Below, piece after piece: positions 22,976 to 33,422 of a stretch of 64,000 nt of DNA. The stretch is from assembly GCA_000146045.2 (NCBI GenBank), contig BK006943.2:224001-288000 (forward strand). The letters run 5' to 3'. How positions within the stretch are numbered: the stretch's first letter is position 1; each line of letters starts with the position of its first letter. The DNA is from TPA_inf: Saccharomyces. Lineage: Eukaryota. The translations under genes and the position numbers were made by a program. Under the pieces are notes generated by a model. That model ran no database searches, had not been told where the DNA came from, and saw nothing but the letters and a program-made list of their open reading frames with translations.

Positions 22976-23254
22976 ATTTTAGGGATATGTACATATACGC
23001 ATACGTATAAAATCATGTAAATAACAATAAAATTTGACACACTTTCTTCGGCCCCAATGGCCATTCAATTCCAGACCGACGCGTCTTCTAAGTTATAATG
23101 CTATGAAATTTCAACAAGTTAATTAAAAGTAAGCATAATAATAAAATCAGGTAATGGATTCACCAAAAAAAAAAATAAAAAAACAAGGGCAGAGGGGTGA
23201 CCATTAGTACGAAACACTAAATATAGTATTAAAATAGTTCAACTCCACCTCCAA

Positions 23255-26200
23255 ATGCCCTTTTTGAGGAAAATAGCGGGGACAGCACATACACATTCTA
23301 GGTCTGATTCGAACTCATCTGTGAAATTCGGCCATCAGCCGACTAGTTCGGTAGCATCAACCAAAAGTTCAAGCAAAAGCCCTCGTGCAACATCTCGCAA
23401 AAGCATTTATGATGATATTAGAAGCCAATTTCCCAACCTAACCCCCAACTCTACCTCTTCTCAGTTTTACGAAAGCACGCCAGTTATCGAACAATCCTTT
23501 AATTGGACGACAGATGACCACATCTCAGCTGGAACGCTTGAAAACCCAACGAGCTTTACAAACAGTTCTTATAAAAATGACAATGGACCTAGTAGCCTCT
23601 CTGATTCGAGGAAATCCTCCGGTGGCAATAGCGTAAATAGTTTGTCCTTTGACAAGCTAATTCTATCGTGGGATCCTACAGACCCTGATGAATGGACAAT
23701 GCATCGCGTCACCTCATGGTTTAAATTTCATGATTTTCCAGAATCCTGGATATTGTTTTTCAAAAAGCATCAATTGTTTGGTCACAGATTTATAAAGTTG
23801 CTTGCATATGATAATTTCGCTGTTTATGAAAAGTATTTGCCGCAGACTAAAACTGCTTCATATACCAGGTTTCAGCAGTTATTGAAAAAAACAATGACCA
23901 AGAACGTAACAAATAGCCATATTCGTCAGAAGAGCGCTAGCAAACTTAAAAGTTCCAGGTCTTCCAGCGAATCGATCAAATCAAAATTAAAAAATAGTAA
24001 ATCGCAAGAGGATATTTCAAATTCTAGATCAACGTCAGAATCTGCATTGAGCCCAACAAAATCGGGCCCTTCCAAGACCGATGAAAAGAATTTTTTACAT
24101 TCTACTTCAACACACCAAAAAACCAAAAGCGCAAGTTCACTATACAGAAGAAGTTTTATATCCCTAAGAGGCTCATCATCGAGCAATGCTTCCTCAGCAA
24201 AATCACCTTCAAACATCAAGTTAAGTATACCGGCTCGGCCGCACTCAATTATTGAATCTAACAGTACACTTACCAAATCGGCGAGCCCACCTGCATCTCC
24301 TTCGTATCCTAGCATATTTAGAAGACATCACAAAAGTAGTTCATCTGAGTCGTCATTATTAAATTCCCTTTTTGGTAGTGGAATAGGCGAGGAAGCTCCA
24401 ACAAAGCCTAATCCACAAGGTCATAGTCTGTCTAGTGAAAATTTAGCTAAAGGAAAATCTAAACACTATGAAACTAATGTGTCTTCACCTTTAAAACAAT
24501 CTTCACTACCCACTTCGGATGATAAAGGTAATTTATGGAATAAATTCAAAAGAAAGAGCCAAATAGGGGTTCCTAGCCCAAATACGGTAGCTTATGTAAC
24601 GTCTCAAGAAACTCCATCCTTAAAATCGAATTCGAGTACTGCTACCTTAACCGTACAAACGGCAGATGTAAATATACCATCTCCATCTTCATCACCACCG
24701 CCAATACCCAAAACTGCAAACAGAAGTTTGGAGGTCATCAGCACAGAAGATACACCTAAAATTTCTTCAACCACGGCGTCTTTTAAAGAAACGTATCCTG
24801 ATTGTATTAATCCAGACAAGACAGTTCCAGTGCCGGTAAATAATCAAAAGTATAGTGTAAAGAACTTTTTACTGGACCAAAAATTTTATCCTCTGAAGAA
24901 AACAGGGTTAAATGATAGTGAGAATAAATATATTCTGGTTACCAAAGATAATGTTAGTTTTGTTCCGCTAAACTTAAAAAGTGTAGCAAAATTATCCAGT
25001 TTCAAAGAATCTGCTCTCACAAAATTGGGAATCAATCACAAAAATGTCACTTTCCATATGACAGACTTTGATTGCGATATTGGTGCTGCAATTCCAGATG
25101 ATACTTTGGAATTTTTGAAAAAAAGCTTGTTTTTGAACACTTCTGGAAAAATTTATATCAAAGACCAAATGAAGCTTCAACAAAAACCGAAACCTGCTCC
25201 TCTCACCTCAGAAAACAATGTTCCTTTAAAATCGGTGAAAAGTAAGAGTTCAATGAGGTCCGGAACAAGCAGTCTGATAGCATCGACAGATGATGTTTCC
25301 ATTGTCACTTCGTCTTCTGACATAACATCATTTGATGAACATGCATCAGGAAGTGGGCGCAGGTACCCCCAAACCCCGAGTTATTACTATGACAGAGTTT
25401 CCAATACTAATCCAACTGAAGAATTGAATTATTGGAATATTAAAGAAGTTCTTTCTCATGAGGAAAATGCACCAAAAATGGTTTTTAAAACAAGTCCAAA
25501 ATTAGAACTCAACCTACCAGATAAAGGAAGTAAATTAAATATTCCTACCCCCATAACAGAAAATGAAAGCAAGAGTAGTTTTCAAGTGCTAAGAAAAGAT
25601 GAGGGGACTGAAATTGATTTCAATCATCGTAGGGAATCGCCTTATACAAAACCAGAACTGGCACCAAAAAGAGAAGCTCCCAAGCCTCCCGCAAATACTT
25701 CTCCTCAGAGGACCTTATCAACTTCTAAACAGAATAAACCGATCCGCCTAGTGAGGGCAAGTACAAAAATTTCGAGAAGCAAAAGATCGAAACCATTGCC
25801 GCCACAATTATTATCATCTCCTATAGAAGCTAGCAGCTCGTCTCCTGATTCGCTTACTTCCTCATATACTCCTGCTTCGACTCATGTTTTGATACCGCAA
25901 CCTTATAAGGGTGCAAACGATGTTATGCGTAGGTTGAAAACAGACCAGGACTCGACGAGTACTTCCCCATCTTTGAAAATGAAACAGAAAGTGAATCGCT
26001 CAAATTCAACTGTATCGACTTCAAATTCAATTTTCTATTCTCCTTCACCATTGTTAAAAAGAGGTAACTCAAAAAGAGTTGTTTCGTCGACATCTGCGGC
26101 CGATATATTTGAAGAGAATGACATAACATTCGCGGATGCTCCGCCGATGTTTGACAGCGATGATAGTGATGACGATTCTAGTTCATCCGATGACATTATC

Positions 26201-27691
26201 TGGTCCAAGAAAAAAACAGCTCCTGAGACTAATAATGAAAACAAAAAGGATGAGAAAAGCGATAACAGTTCTACGCATTCTGACGAAATATTCTATGATT
26301 CTCAAACGCAGGACAAAATGGAGAGAAAGATGACCTTTAGACCATCTCCGGAGGTCGTTTATCAAAATTTAGAGAAATTCTTCCCAAGGGCTAACTTAGA
26401 TAAGCCAATCACTGAAGGAATAGCTTCACCAACATCTCCGAAATCCTTAGACAGCCTACTTTCACCAAAGAATGTGGCTTCATCGAGAACTGAGCCAAGC
26501 ACTCCTTCCCGTCCCGTCCCTCCTGATAGCTCATACGAGTTCATACAGGATGGACTTAACGGTAAAAATAAACCATTGAATCAAGCTAAGACACCTAAAA
26601 GAACAAAAACCATAAGAACCATTGCACATGAAGCTAGTTTAGCAAGAAAAAACTCTGTAAAACTAAAAAGACAGAACACCAAAATGTGGGGTACAAGAAT
26701 GGTCGAAGTGACCGAAAACCATATGGTGTCAATTAATAAAGCCAAAAATTCGAAAGGTGAGTATAAGGAATTCGCCTGGATGAAGGGTGAAATGATAGGG
26801 AAGGGATCTTTCGGTGCTGTTTATTTATGTTTAAACGTTACTACAGGTGAGATGATGGCCGTTAAGCAGGTTGAGGTCCCCAAGTATAGCTCACAAAATG
26901 AAGCCATTCTAAGTACCGTGGAAGCATTAAGATCTGAAGTGTCCACGTTAAAAGATTTAGATCATCTTAATATTGTTCAATACTTAGGTTTTGAGAATAA
27001 AAACAATATTTACAGTTTGTTTTTAGAATATGTTGCTGGTGGCTCCGTGGGATCCTTGATTAGAATGTATGGAAGATTCGATGAACCGTTGATCAAACAT
27101 TTAACAACACAAGTATTAAAAGGATTGGCATACCTACACTCGAAAGGTATTCTCCACAGGGATATGAAGGCAGACAACTTACTTTTGGATCAAGATGGTA
27201 TCTGCAAAATCAGTGACTTCGGAATTTCAAGAAAATCAAAGGACATATACTCTAATTCGGATATGACCATGCGAGGAACAGTCTTCTGGATGGCTCCTGA
27301 AATGGTTGATACAAAGCAAGGCTACAGTGCAAAAGTTGATATATGGTCTCTGGGATGCATCGTTCTGGAAATGTTTGCTGGTAAGCGCCCGTGGTCCAAC
27401 TTAGAAGTCGTCGCAGCCATGTTCAAAATTGGAAAGTCAAAATCGGCACCACCAATTCCTGAGGACACTTTACCATTGATATCGCAAATCGGACGAAATT
27501 TTCTGGACGCATGCTTCGAGATAAATCCAGAGAAAAGGCCAACCGCTAACGAGCTTCTTTCTCATCCTTTTAGTGAAGTAAATGAAACATTCAATTTCAA
27601 ATCTACCAGACTCGCGAAGTTTATAAAGTCAAATGATAAGTTAAACTCTTCAAAATTAAGGATAACCTCTCAGGAGAATAAAACTGAATAG
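23255..27691 (+). CDS. BCK1: MAPKKK of the cell-wall integrity pathway, 1478 aa, C-terminal Ser/Thr kinase domain
   Basis: Kinase subdomains 'GKGSFGAVY', 'VAVKQV', 'HRDMKADNLL', 'DFGIS' and 'APE' at the C-terminus, after a long Ser/Thr-rich regulatory region. 1478 aa. Confidence 0.92.
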   Translation: MPFLRKIAGTAHTHSRSDSNSSVKFGHQPTSSVASTKSSSKSPRATSRKSIYDDIRSQFPNLTPNSTSSQFYESTPVIEQSFNWTTDDHISAGTLENPTSFTNSSYKNDNGPSSLSDSRKSSGGNSVNSLSFDKLILSWDPTDPDEWTMHRVTSWFKFHDFPESWILFFKKHQLFGHRFIKLLAYDNFAVYEKYLPQTKTASYTRFQQLLKKTMTKNVTNSHIRQKSASKLKSSRSSSESIKSKLKNSKSQEDISNSRSTSESALSPTKSGPSKTDEKNFLHSTSTHQKTKSASSLYRRSFISLRGSSSSNASSAKSPSNIKLSIPARPHSIIESNSTLTKSASPPASPSYPSIFRRHHKSSSSESSLLNSLFGSGIGEEAPTKPNPQGHSLSSENLAKGKSKHYETNVSSPLKQSSLPTSDDKGNLWNKFKRKSQIGVPSPNTVAYVTSQETPSLKSNSSTATLTVQTADVNIPSPSSSPPPIPKTANRSLEVISTEDTPKISSTTASFKETYPDCINPDKTVPVPVNNQKYSVKNFLLDQKFYPLKKTGLNDSENKYILVTKDNVSFVPLNLKSVAKLSSFKESALTKLGINHKNVTFHMTDFDCDIGAAIPDDTLEFLKKSLFLNTSGKIYIKDQMKLQQKPKPAPLTSENNVPLKSVKSKSSMRSGTSSLIASTDDVSIVTSSSDITSFDEHASGSGRRYPQTPSYYYDRVSNTNPTEELNYWNIKEVLSHEENAPKMVFKTSPKLELNLPDKGSKLNIPTPITENESKSSFQVLRKDEGTEIDFNHRRESPYTKPELAPKREAPKPPANTSPQRTLSTSKQNKPIRLVRASTKISRSKRSKPLPPQLLSSPIEASSSSPDSLTSSYTPASTHVLIPQPYKGANDVMRRLKTDQDSTSTSPSLKMKQKVNRSNSTVSTSNSIFYSPSPLLKRGNSKRVVSSTSAADIFEENDITFADAPPMFDSDDSDDDSSSSDDIIWSKKKTAPETNNENKKDEKSDNSSTHSDEIFYDSQTQDKMERKMTFRPSPEVVYQNLEKFFPRANLDKPITEGIASPTSPKSLDSLLSPKNVASSRTEPSTPSRPVPPDSSYEFIQDGLNGKNKPLNQAKTPKRTKTIRTIAHEASLARKNSVKLKRQNTKMWGTRMVEVTENHMVSINKAKNSKGEYKEFAWMKGEMIGKGSFGAVYLCLNVTTGEMMAVKQVEVPKYSSQNEAILSTVEALRSEVSTLKDLDHLNIVQYLGFENKNNIYSLFLEYVAGGSVGSLIRMYGRFDEPLIKHLTTQVLKGLAYLHSKGILHRDMKADNLLLDQDGICKISDFGISRKSKDIYSNSDMTMRGTVFWMAPEMVDTKQGYSAKVDIWSLGCIVLEMFAGKRPWSNLEVVAAMFKIGKSKSAPPIPEDTLPLISQIGRNFLDACFEINPEKRPTANELLSHPFSEVNETFNFKSTRLAKFIKSNDKLNSSKLRITSQENKTE

Positions 27692-27820
27692 CTATTAGGA
27701 TCGATCTATACTTAAGATATTTATGCATACGTAATAATATAGAACAATAAACATAGATGACGGAATGACGGAATGACTGAAAATTAAGAACAAAGAAAAT
27801 TAAAAAATTTCTGCTGATAC

Positions 27821-30442
27821 TTATTCAGACGAAAAATGGTGCACAATAAGGGTGTCAAAACGACGATTCGACCCTTCAAATATTACAGTCCTCACCTCTT
27901 CGCTGAAGGGCTCACTTTCATCAGGAAGGTCCTCTCCAATAATAAAGGTAGTCTCCTCTATATCAGCTAAAGCAGTATCTGATAAACCAACATCAAGCAC
28001 AGTCTCTATAAAGGACGGCTTTTCAATTGCTTCTTCTGGAACTTTCGTTTCAAAGGGGATATCCACAATTTTAATGGTAGATTCGTTTAGCCAGTCATGC
28101 TCAGCAAATGCAGTTGACAAATCTTTTGCGAAATCAATATTCTTGCTGTTAATAAATATACTACAGGATGCATTATCATTATTATAGCCATCTCTATAGC
28201 ATATCAATAAGAGAAGATATAGTCCAAGATAATCGGATTGTGTCAGGTATGGTTTTGGAAGTAATAAATTGAACCGTTTCCTCTTAAAGCGATCAGCATT
28301 TAATCTGCCATAGGTATTTGAAATTTGAACGGCAAAATTTGCCTTGAGTGACTGGAAAATAGACTTGAAGAAAGTAGATGATAGTTCATTCAGACCTAGG
28401 AGATGAGAATAAATGTGATCAAAGTTTGCGTATTTTTCATCAATGAAGACTGGGCTCCCTCTATACTCATACGAGGCCCCTTTTAATGGCAATAAGATCA
28501 GATCTGTGGAATCCATTTTCATCGTCGCTATATTAGCTGCCTTTTCACGCATTGTAGAAAATATGACTTCACTTGAAAATGGTATTTTGCTCAGGTTTGA
28601 AAATATATCAAAAATTTGTAATAGTGAATCTGTATTTGCGGTAAAGTGGGGATCATCATTATATAGAGAAGATGATTGCAGCAGATCAGTTGTCCGTTCA
28701 GTGAGCAATCGTAAATGAATGGCCCTCAATGCACCGACTCCCTCAAACGGGGTCAATTTTTCATCTATAACACTTAAATTGGTATCCACATCGTCAACGC
28801 TTTTAGACCAGATATGAACCATCTTTTTTATTTTGAATGTGTTAGATTTCAATGTGGAATCAGTAGCTGTTGTCATTCTGCTCAAGGAGGTTTCGTTCTT
28901 ATGTTTATTATTCTTAGGCTTGGGAGATACCCCTAAAGACAGGTAATTTAGCAGCTTTAGAGATGGAGAGATCGCTTCTGTAGTGTTTATCACCGTGGTC
29001 AGTTCACCAATTCTATATTTGCTAACATCTGCCAATGAATTAAGTTGAGTGTTAATTTCAGTCTTGTCCACACCCTCAGAATCGAGACCATCTGCTGCAC
29101 CATCATCTTCTGCAGGTGTAGATAAGGATTTGCGAACACCATCCCGGTATGAATCTGGGTAAACAAGCTGAGTCAGAGGAGTAGTGACAAAAGTAGAAAC
29201 TAATGCCATCAACACAAACATACCAAATATTTTTCTACTGATAATGCCCGCATTCAAACCAACAGTTAAGACAACGATTTCAACGATACCTTTGCATGAC
29301 ATCAAAACACCGGCTGCAGTGGCTTCTCTCCAAAATAAGCCAGTAAGTTTAGCTGTAAGAGTACCTGAAATAATTTTGGTGAAAATGGCGATGCCGATTG
29401 TGGCGAAAACATAGCCCCAATCTCTTCCCTCATTTAATAGAGTCAAATCGACATTTAATCCTGCAACAGCAAAGTAGATTGGAATGAAAACAATGTTAGG
29501 AATATCTTCCATCCTTTCTGTTAATTTAACAACGTAGTGATCATCTCTAGGAACTACTAAGCCAGCAATGAAGGCGCCAAAAATAGGATGAACTCCAATA
29601 ATATCCGTAAAATAAGCAGAAATGAACATGATGAATAGAATGCACATCGTTGCCAACGGTGAAGGCTTGCTTCTGTCCAATTCATGGGTCCTTATGAGCA
29701 CCCATCTTAATAGGTATTTTAAGGGAAAGAAATAAATCAAAAACCATGCAAACGTGATAAGCAGAATATAAACGGTATTGACAGGGCTCCCTTCTGCACT
29801 AGAAAGAATAATACTTAATGCTAACAAAATCCATCCCATTATATCGTTAATGATACCCGCCGCAAGGACAACGATACCTGCTCTATCCTTGATCAAGCGC
29901 AATTCATTTAAAATACGACATAAAACTGGAAAAGCCGTAACGGAGATGGAAACAGCTATAAATACCATGAAGACAGAGAATTTAATATGCCTTTCGCCTT
30001 CTGTTTTGTTTGCATAAGTGTGAAATAAAGGAATCGCCAGCAGACAACCAAAACCGAATGGCACTGCTAAAGTGACTATACCTATCACGAGTGCTTTCTT
30101 TAGGTGTTTCTTGATGAAAGCAATATCCACTTCTAAACCTAAAAAAAACATAAACAGTATTATTCCCAAATTCGCCACTAAATTTAGCCCCGGGATCGAT
30201 GATGTAGGGAAAATTGTGTTTGTATAGTTTGGAATTTGACCAAATATAGTAGGCCCCAAAATAACACCAGATATAACTTCTGAAATGACTTTAGGCTGCC
30301 TCATCATTGAAAAGGGAATGTGAATTAAATTGCATACCAGTAGTATGAGACATGCTTGAAAGAGAAATAATGTAAGCGGCGAACTGGAGTTGTAGTGGAA
30401 CGGATTTACACCCGACAGAATTCCTCCTACAGTGTTTGCCAT
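27821..30442 (-). CDS. KHA1: K+/H+ antiporter (CPA2 / Kef-type cation:proton antiporter), 873 aa
   Basis: ORF track 27821..30517. The 873-aa product starts at Met26 ('MANTVGGILSGVNPFH'). 12-TM Na_H_exchanger-type domain plus a hydrophilic C-terminus. Confidence 0.85.
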   Translation of the reverse strand: MANTVGGILSGVNPFHYNSSSPLTLFLFQACLILLVCNLIHIPFSMMRQPKVISEVISGVILGPTIFGQIPNYTNTIFPTSSIPGLNLVANLGIILFMFFLGLEVDIAFIKKHLKKALVIGIVTLAVPFGFGCLLAIPLFHTYANKTEGERHIKFSVFMVFIAVSISVTAFPVLCRILNELRLIKDRAGIVVLAAGIINDIMGWILLALSIILSSAEGSPVNTVYILLITFAWFLIYFFPLKYLLRWVLIRTHELDRSKPSPLATMCILFIMFISAYFTDIIGVHPIFGAFIAGLVVPRDDHYVVKLTERMEDIPNIVFIPIYFAVAGLNVDLTLLNEGRDWGYVFATIGIAIFTKIISGTLTAKLTGLFWREATAAGVLMSCKGIVEIVVLTVGLNAGIISRKIFGMFVLMALVSTFVTTPLTQLVYPDSYRDGVRKSLSTPAEDDGAADGLDSEGVDKTEINTQLNSLADVSKYRIGELTTVINTTEAISPSLKLLNYLSLGVSPKPKNNKHKNETSLSRMTTATDSTLKSNTFKIKKMVHIWSKSVDDVDTNLSVIDEKLTPFEGVGALRAIHLRLLTERTTDLLQSSSLYNDDPHFTANTDSLLQIFDIFSNLSKIPFSSEVIFSTMREKAANIATMKMDSTDLILLPLKGASYEYRGSPVFIDEKYANFDHIYSHLLGLNELSSTFFKSIFQSLKANFAVQISNTYGRLNADRFKRKRFNLLLPKPYLTQSDYLGLYLLLLICYRDGYNNDNASCSIFINSKNIDFAKDLSTAFAEHDWLNESTIKIVDIPFETKVPEEAIEKPSFIETVLDVGLSDTALADIEETTFIIGEDLPDESEPFSEEVRTVIFEGSNRRFDTLIVHHFSSE

Positions 30443-30736
30443 TTGATAGAATATAAATAATACAACTTCGTAATAATAATAATCGTTGGTATCATTTGAT
30501 GTGTGCTTTAGCAACAAGAGATGATATAATAAGCGAACAGTTTTTGTTTTTTATTTTCCCTTACTGGAGCTCAGCCACATTAATGCGAGACGCAACGGGT
30601 GCATAATATTGAAAGCGCATTTACAGCAGAAAAATGCTTTCAGTATTTATTTTGAGATGCTGAATATAAATATTTAGAGAATACATCCGTAGTAGTCTAC
30701 AGTAAGATATAAATCAATGCTTCGGGTGTTTGTATA

Positions 30737-32812
30737 TCAAAGTGTCTTTCTATGCTCACCCAAAAATTTTCTTTTGCTTATAACTTTATAAAGCTCTTCG
30801 TCTTCTACTAGATTACCAACTAATTCTTCTATGTTCTTGAAAAGCATCATAAAAGCAAAATGAGGTTCATTTAACGGGAACTTGAGGGGCGTATCAGGTG
30901 ATATCCAAAATTCGGGTCCGCGTGTGTACTCCTCAATATCTGTAATGTTCCTCAAATGTAGTTTATGAATGTACGACCAGTCGGAAAAACTAAGTGTGTA
31001 ATCTTTATCCGCCAGACATATCCGATGTAGTTTTTTGACGGCTTTAAGTAGCTCTTGCAAGTTCCTTAAATTACAGGTCCCCGAGTCCTGTAGTGCATAT
31101 TCAGCAGAAGAAACATATTCTAGAGGAAGTATTCCCTCTGGGCTAGATGCTTTTGATAATGAAGAAAATGATTCTTGCAGGCTTGCAGGAGGGGATGTCA
31201 CTCCAGAATCATTCTCTTCTGAATTATTATCGTTGAATTCAGAAATTTGACTGGATTGTGAGCTCGTTGTATTTTCTTCCAGATCACCATCAGCTGTGTC
31301 AGATTCTTCGAAAATTTCTCCAGTGTTCACCATAAAGGAAAGTGCTCTTTGACGCCCATTAAAAACGATGGACTTGACTTTATTATTGAATGATTCACCG
31401 ATCTTAATATCCAGAGAAGTGGAAATGTCAAACAACAGATCACCGACTGTAGATAGGATAGCCCCCATTAATGGCACGGCTCCCAACGCCCAAATCACAA
31501 AAAAAGCACGGCCTGCACCAGTCCTTGGAGCATAGTCTCCGTATCCAATGGTTAATAAGCACAAGAAACAAAAGTAAATACAATTGAAGTACGACCAATT
31601 TTCTGCGAATTTGAATACAAGAGCTCCCAATAACCAAAAAGCCATGAAAATTGCAATAGTCACCGACAAAGAAAACCAATGCTGCTTCCTTGAGGCCGTT
31701 TGTCGGATACACTTCATTAAGTCGAACGCTTCCCTTTCAGATAAATTTTTACTACTATCCATATAATGTTTCCACGATTTGGACCTGCCTTTTTCAACTC
31801 TGTGGAAAAAGAAAATTGGGCCAGAGGACTTTTGAATGATGGATCTTGTCATAAACACTATTAAACCCATCAAGACAACACCAGATAGCGAAAAGATTAA
31901 AACCATGATTTTGGCGCCAACCGACTTGGGCAGGATGTCACCTAGTCCCACGGTTAATAATGATACCGTGCAGAAATATAATGCATTTCCGTAAGTGATG
32001 TGCAATAAACCGCTAAACATACCCGCACCCCAAATCAACCATAAAGACAATAGTACAGTGTATGCCATGATACTTCTTTCATTGGGCAAAAGGTTGAACG
32101 TTGGAGGATATTTTCCTAATTTATATCCAATAAAATGTATTGTTAAAATAATGGTGCATACCAAATATAGACCAGAACTGATACAGGCAAACCAAAATCC
32201 GATAGTCTTACTGTAGATGCTGGGCATGTCATTCAAGGAGCATACAATCACGTCCACCAAAAGCATCCCTCCAGCTATTGTCCATCCTGTTATATTTATT
32301 AACTGAGATTTAAGATACGTCAACTTCTTACTGAAATGTAGCATTAGTATAATATTTGACGTAAAACCCAGTACCAAAGAGATGATATTAACGGCAAAAA
32401 TACCAGGAGGATCAAAAACTGTCTTTACTTGATTCATCAAAACATCGGTGTCATTGCTTCGTGGATTTGTCACCACGGAGTTGTTCTTTAAGGATCTCCA
32501 TTTTTCAACTACACAGGCTATCGAGATAGTGTTAGCTACGGGACCCAAGCAGGCAGTAATCACAGGGAAATAGCATGAAACCACAAACCAAAAGACGAAC
32601 AGTGTTGAAGAAGGCTCTGCATTAATAATACTAACTCTTTCGTCCCGGAACCGCAATGCATCCTTTAGTTCCTCTGCAAGAACACCCTTAGCTTGCTTCG
32701 GTGTGTTGTTTGAATGAGAATCAACAGCCTGAGCTGAGCTCTCTTGCTCCACTGTCGCCATATTGCCATATCCCAGCGTTTGTTTGGCAAAGCTGTTCAT
32801 GAACCTTGTCAT
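30737..32812 (-). CDS. TOK1: Outward-rectifier two-pore-domain K+ channel (8TM/2P), 691 aa
   Basis: Two K+ selectivity-filter pore loops are visible, '[12 protein letters not shown]' and '[12 protein letters not shown]'. 691 aa. Confidence 0.92.
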
Positions 32813-33422
32813 ATATATAGAAATCGGTAAAATAAATACAAGAAATATGCTTTGTTATACTGCTAGAAAGGAGTGAAGACATCTGCTCACGATCTACGAG
32901 ATGCGGCTATTTTTGATGGAAAAAGATACATAGGGTCAGGCATTTTTGCCATATTGAATAACCAAGATGGTACTGAGTACTCAGGTAATGTATATTACAT
33001 TGAGTACTTCACTTGTATACACAACCACTGCTTCGTATTGTATATCAAGTATCTAACTGTTGATAAACTACAACTTTCTCTTCAACCATAATGATAGCGC
33101 CGCTTAAAACATGCTAGGGTAACGAGACGCGAATGCGAAAAACTCCCAAAAAAACCAAAACAAACAAAAGTGACAACAATTAGAACGATGCTGAAGAAGA
33201 ATAGGAGCGAGTTTAGAGTTACCTCCAGCTATCCTGATACTACTGCTTAGGCTACCTTCGCAGAGTCTCGATAAATTTGCAGTCGGCAAGATAAGAATAT
33301 TTCTCTACAGCTTTTAGACAGCTTCCTGTCCCTCTAGTTTCTTTTGCCATCCATAATTGTACTCTGCACTTTGAGTATCATTCCAATTTGATCTTTCTTC
33401 TACCGGTACTTAGGGATAGCAA

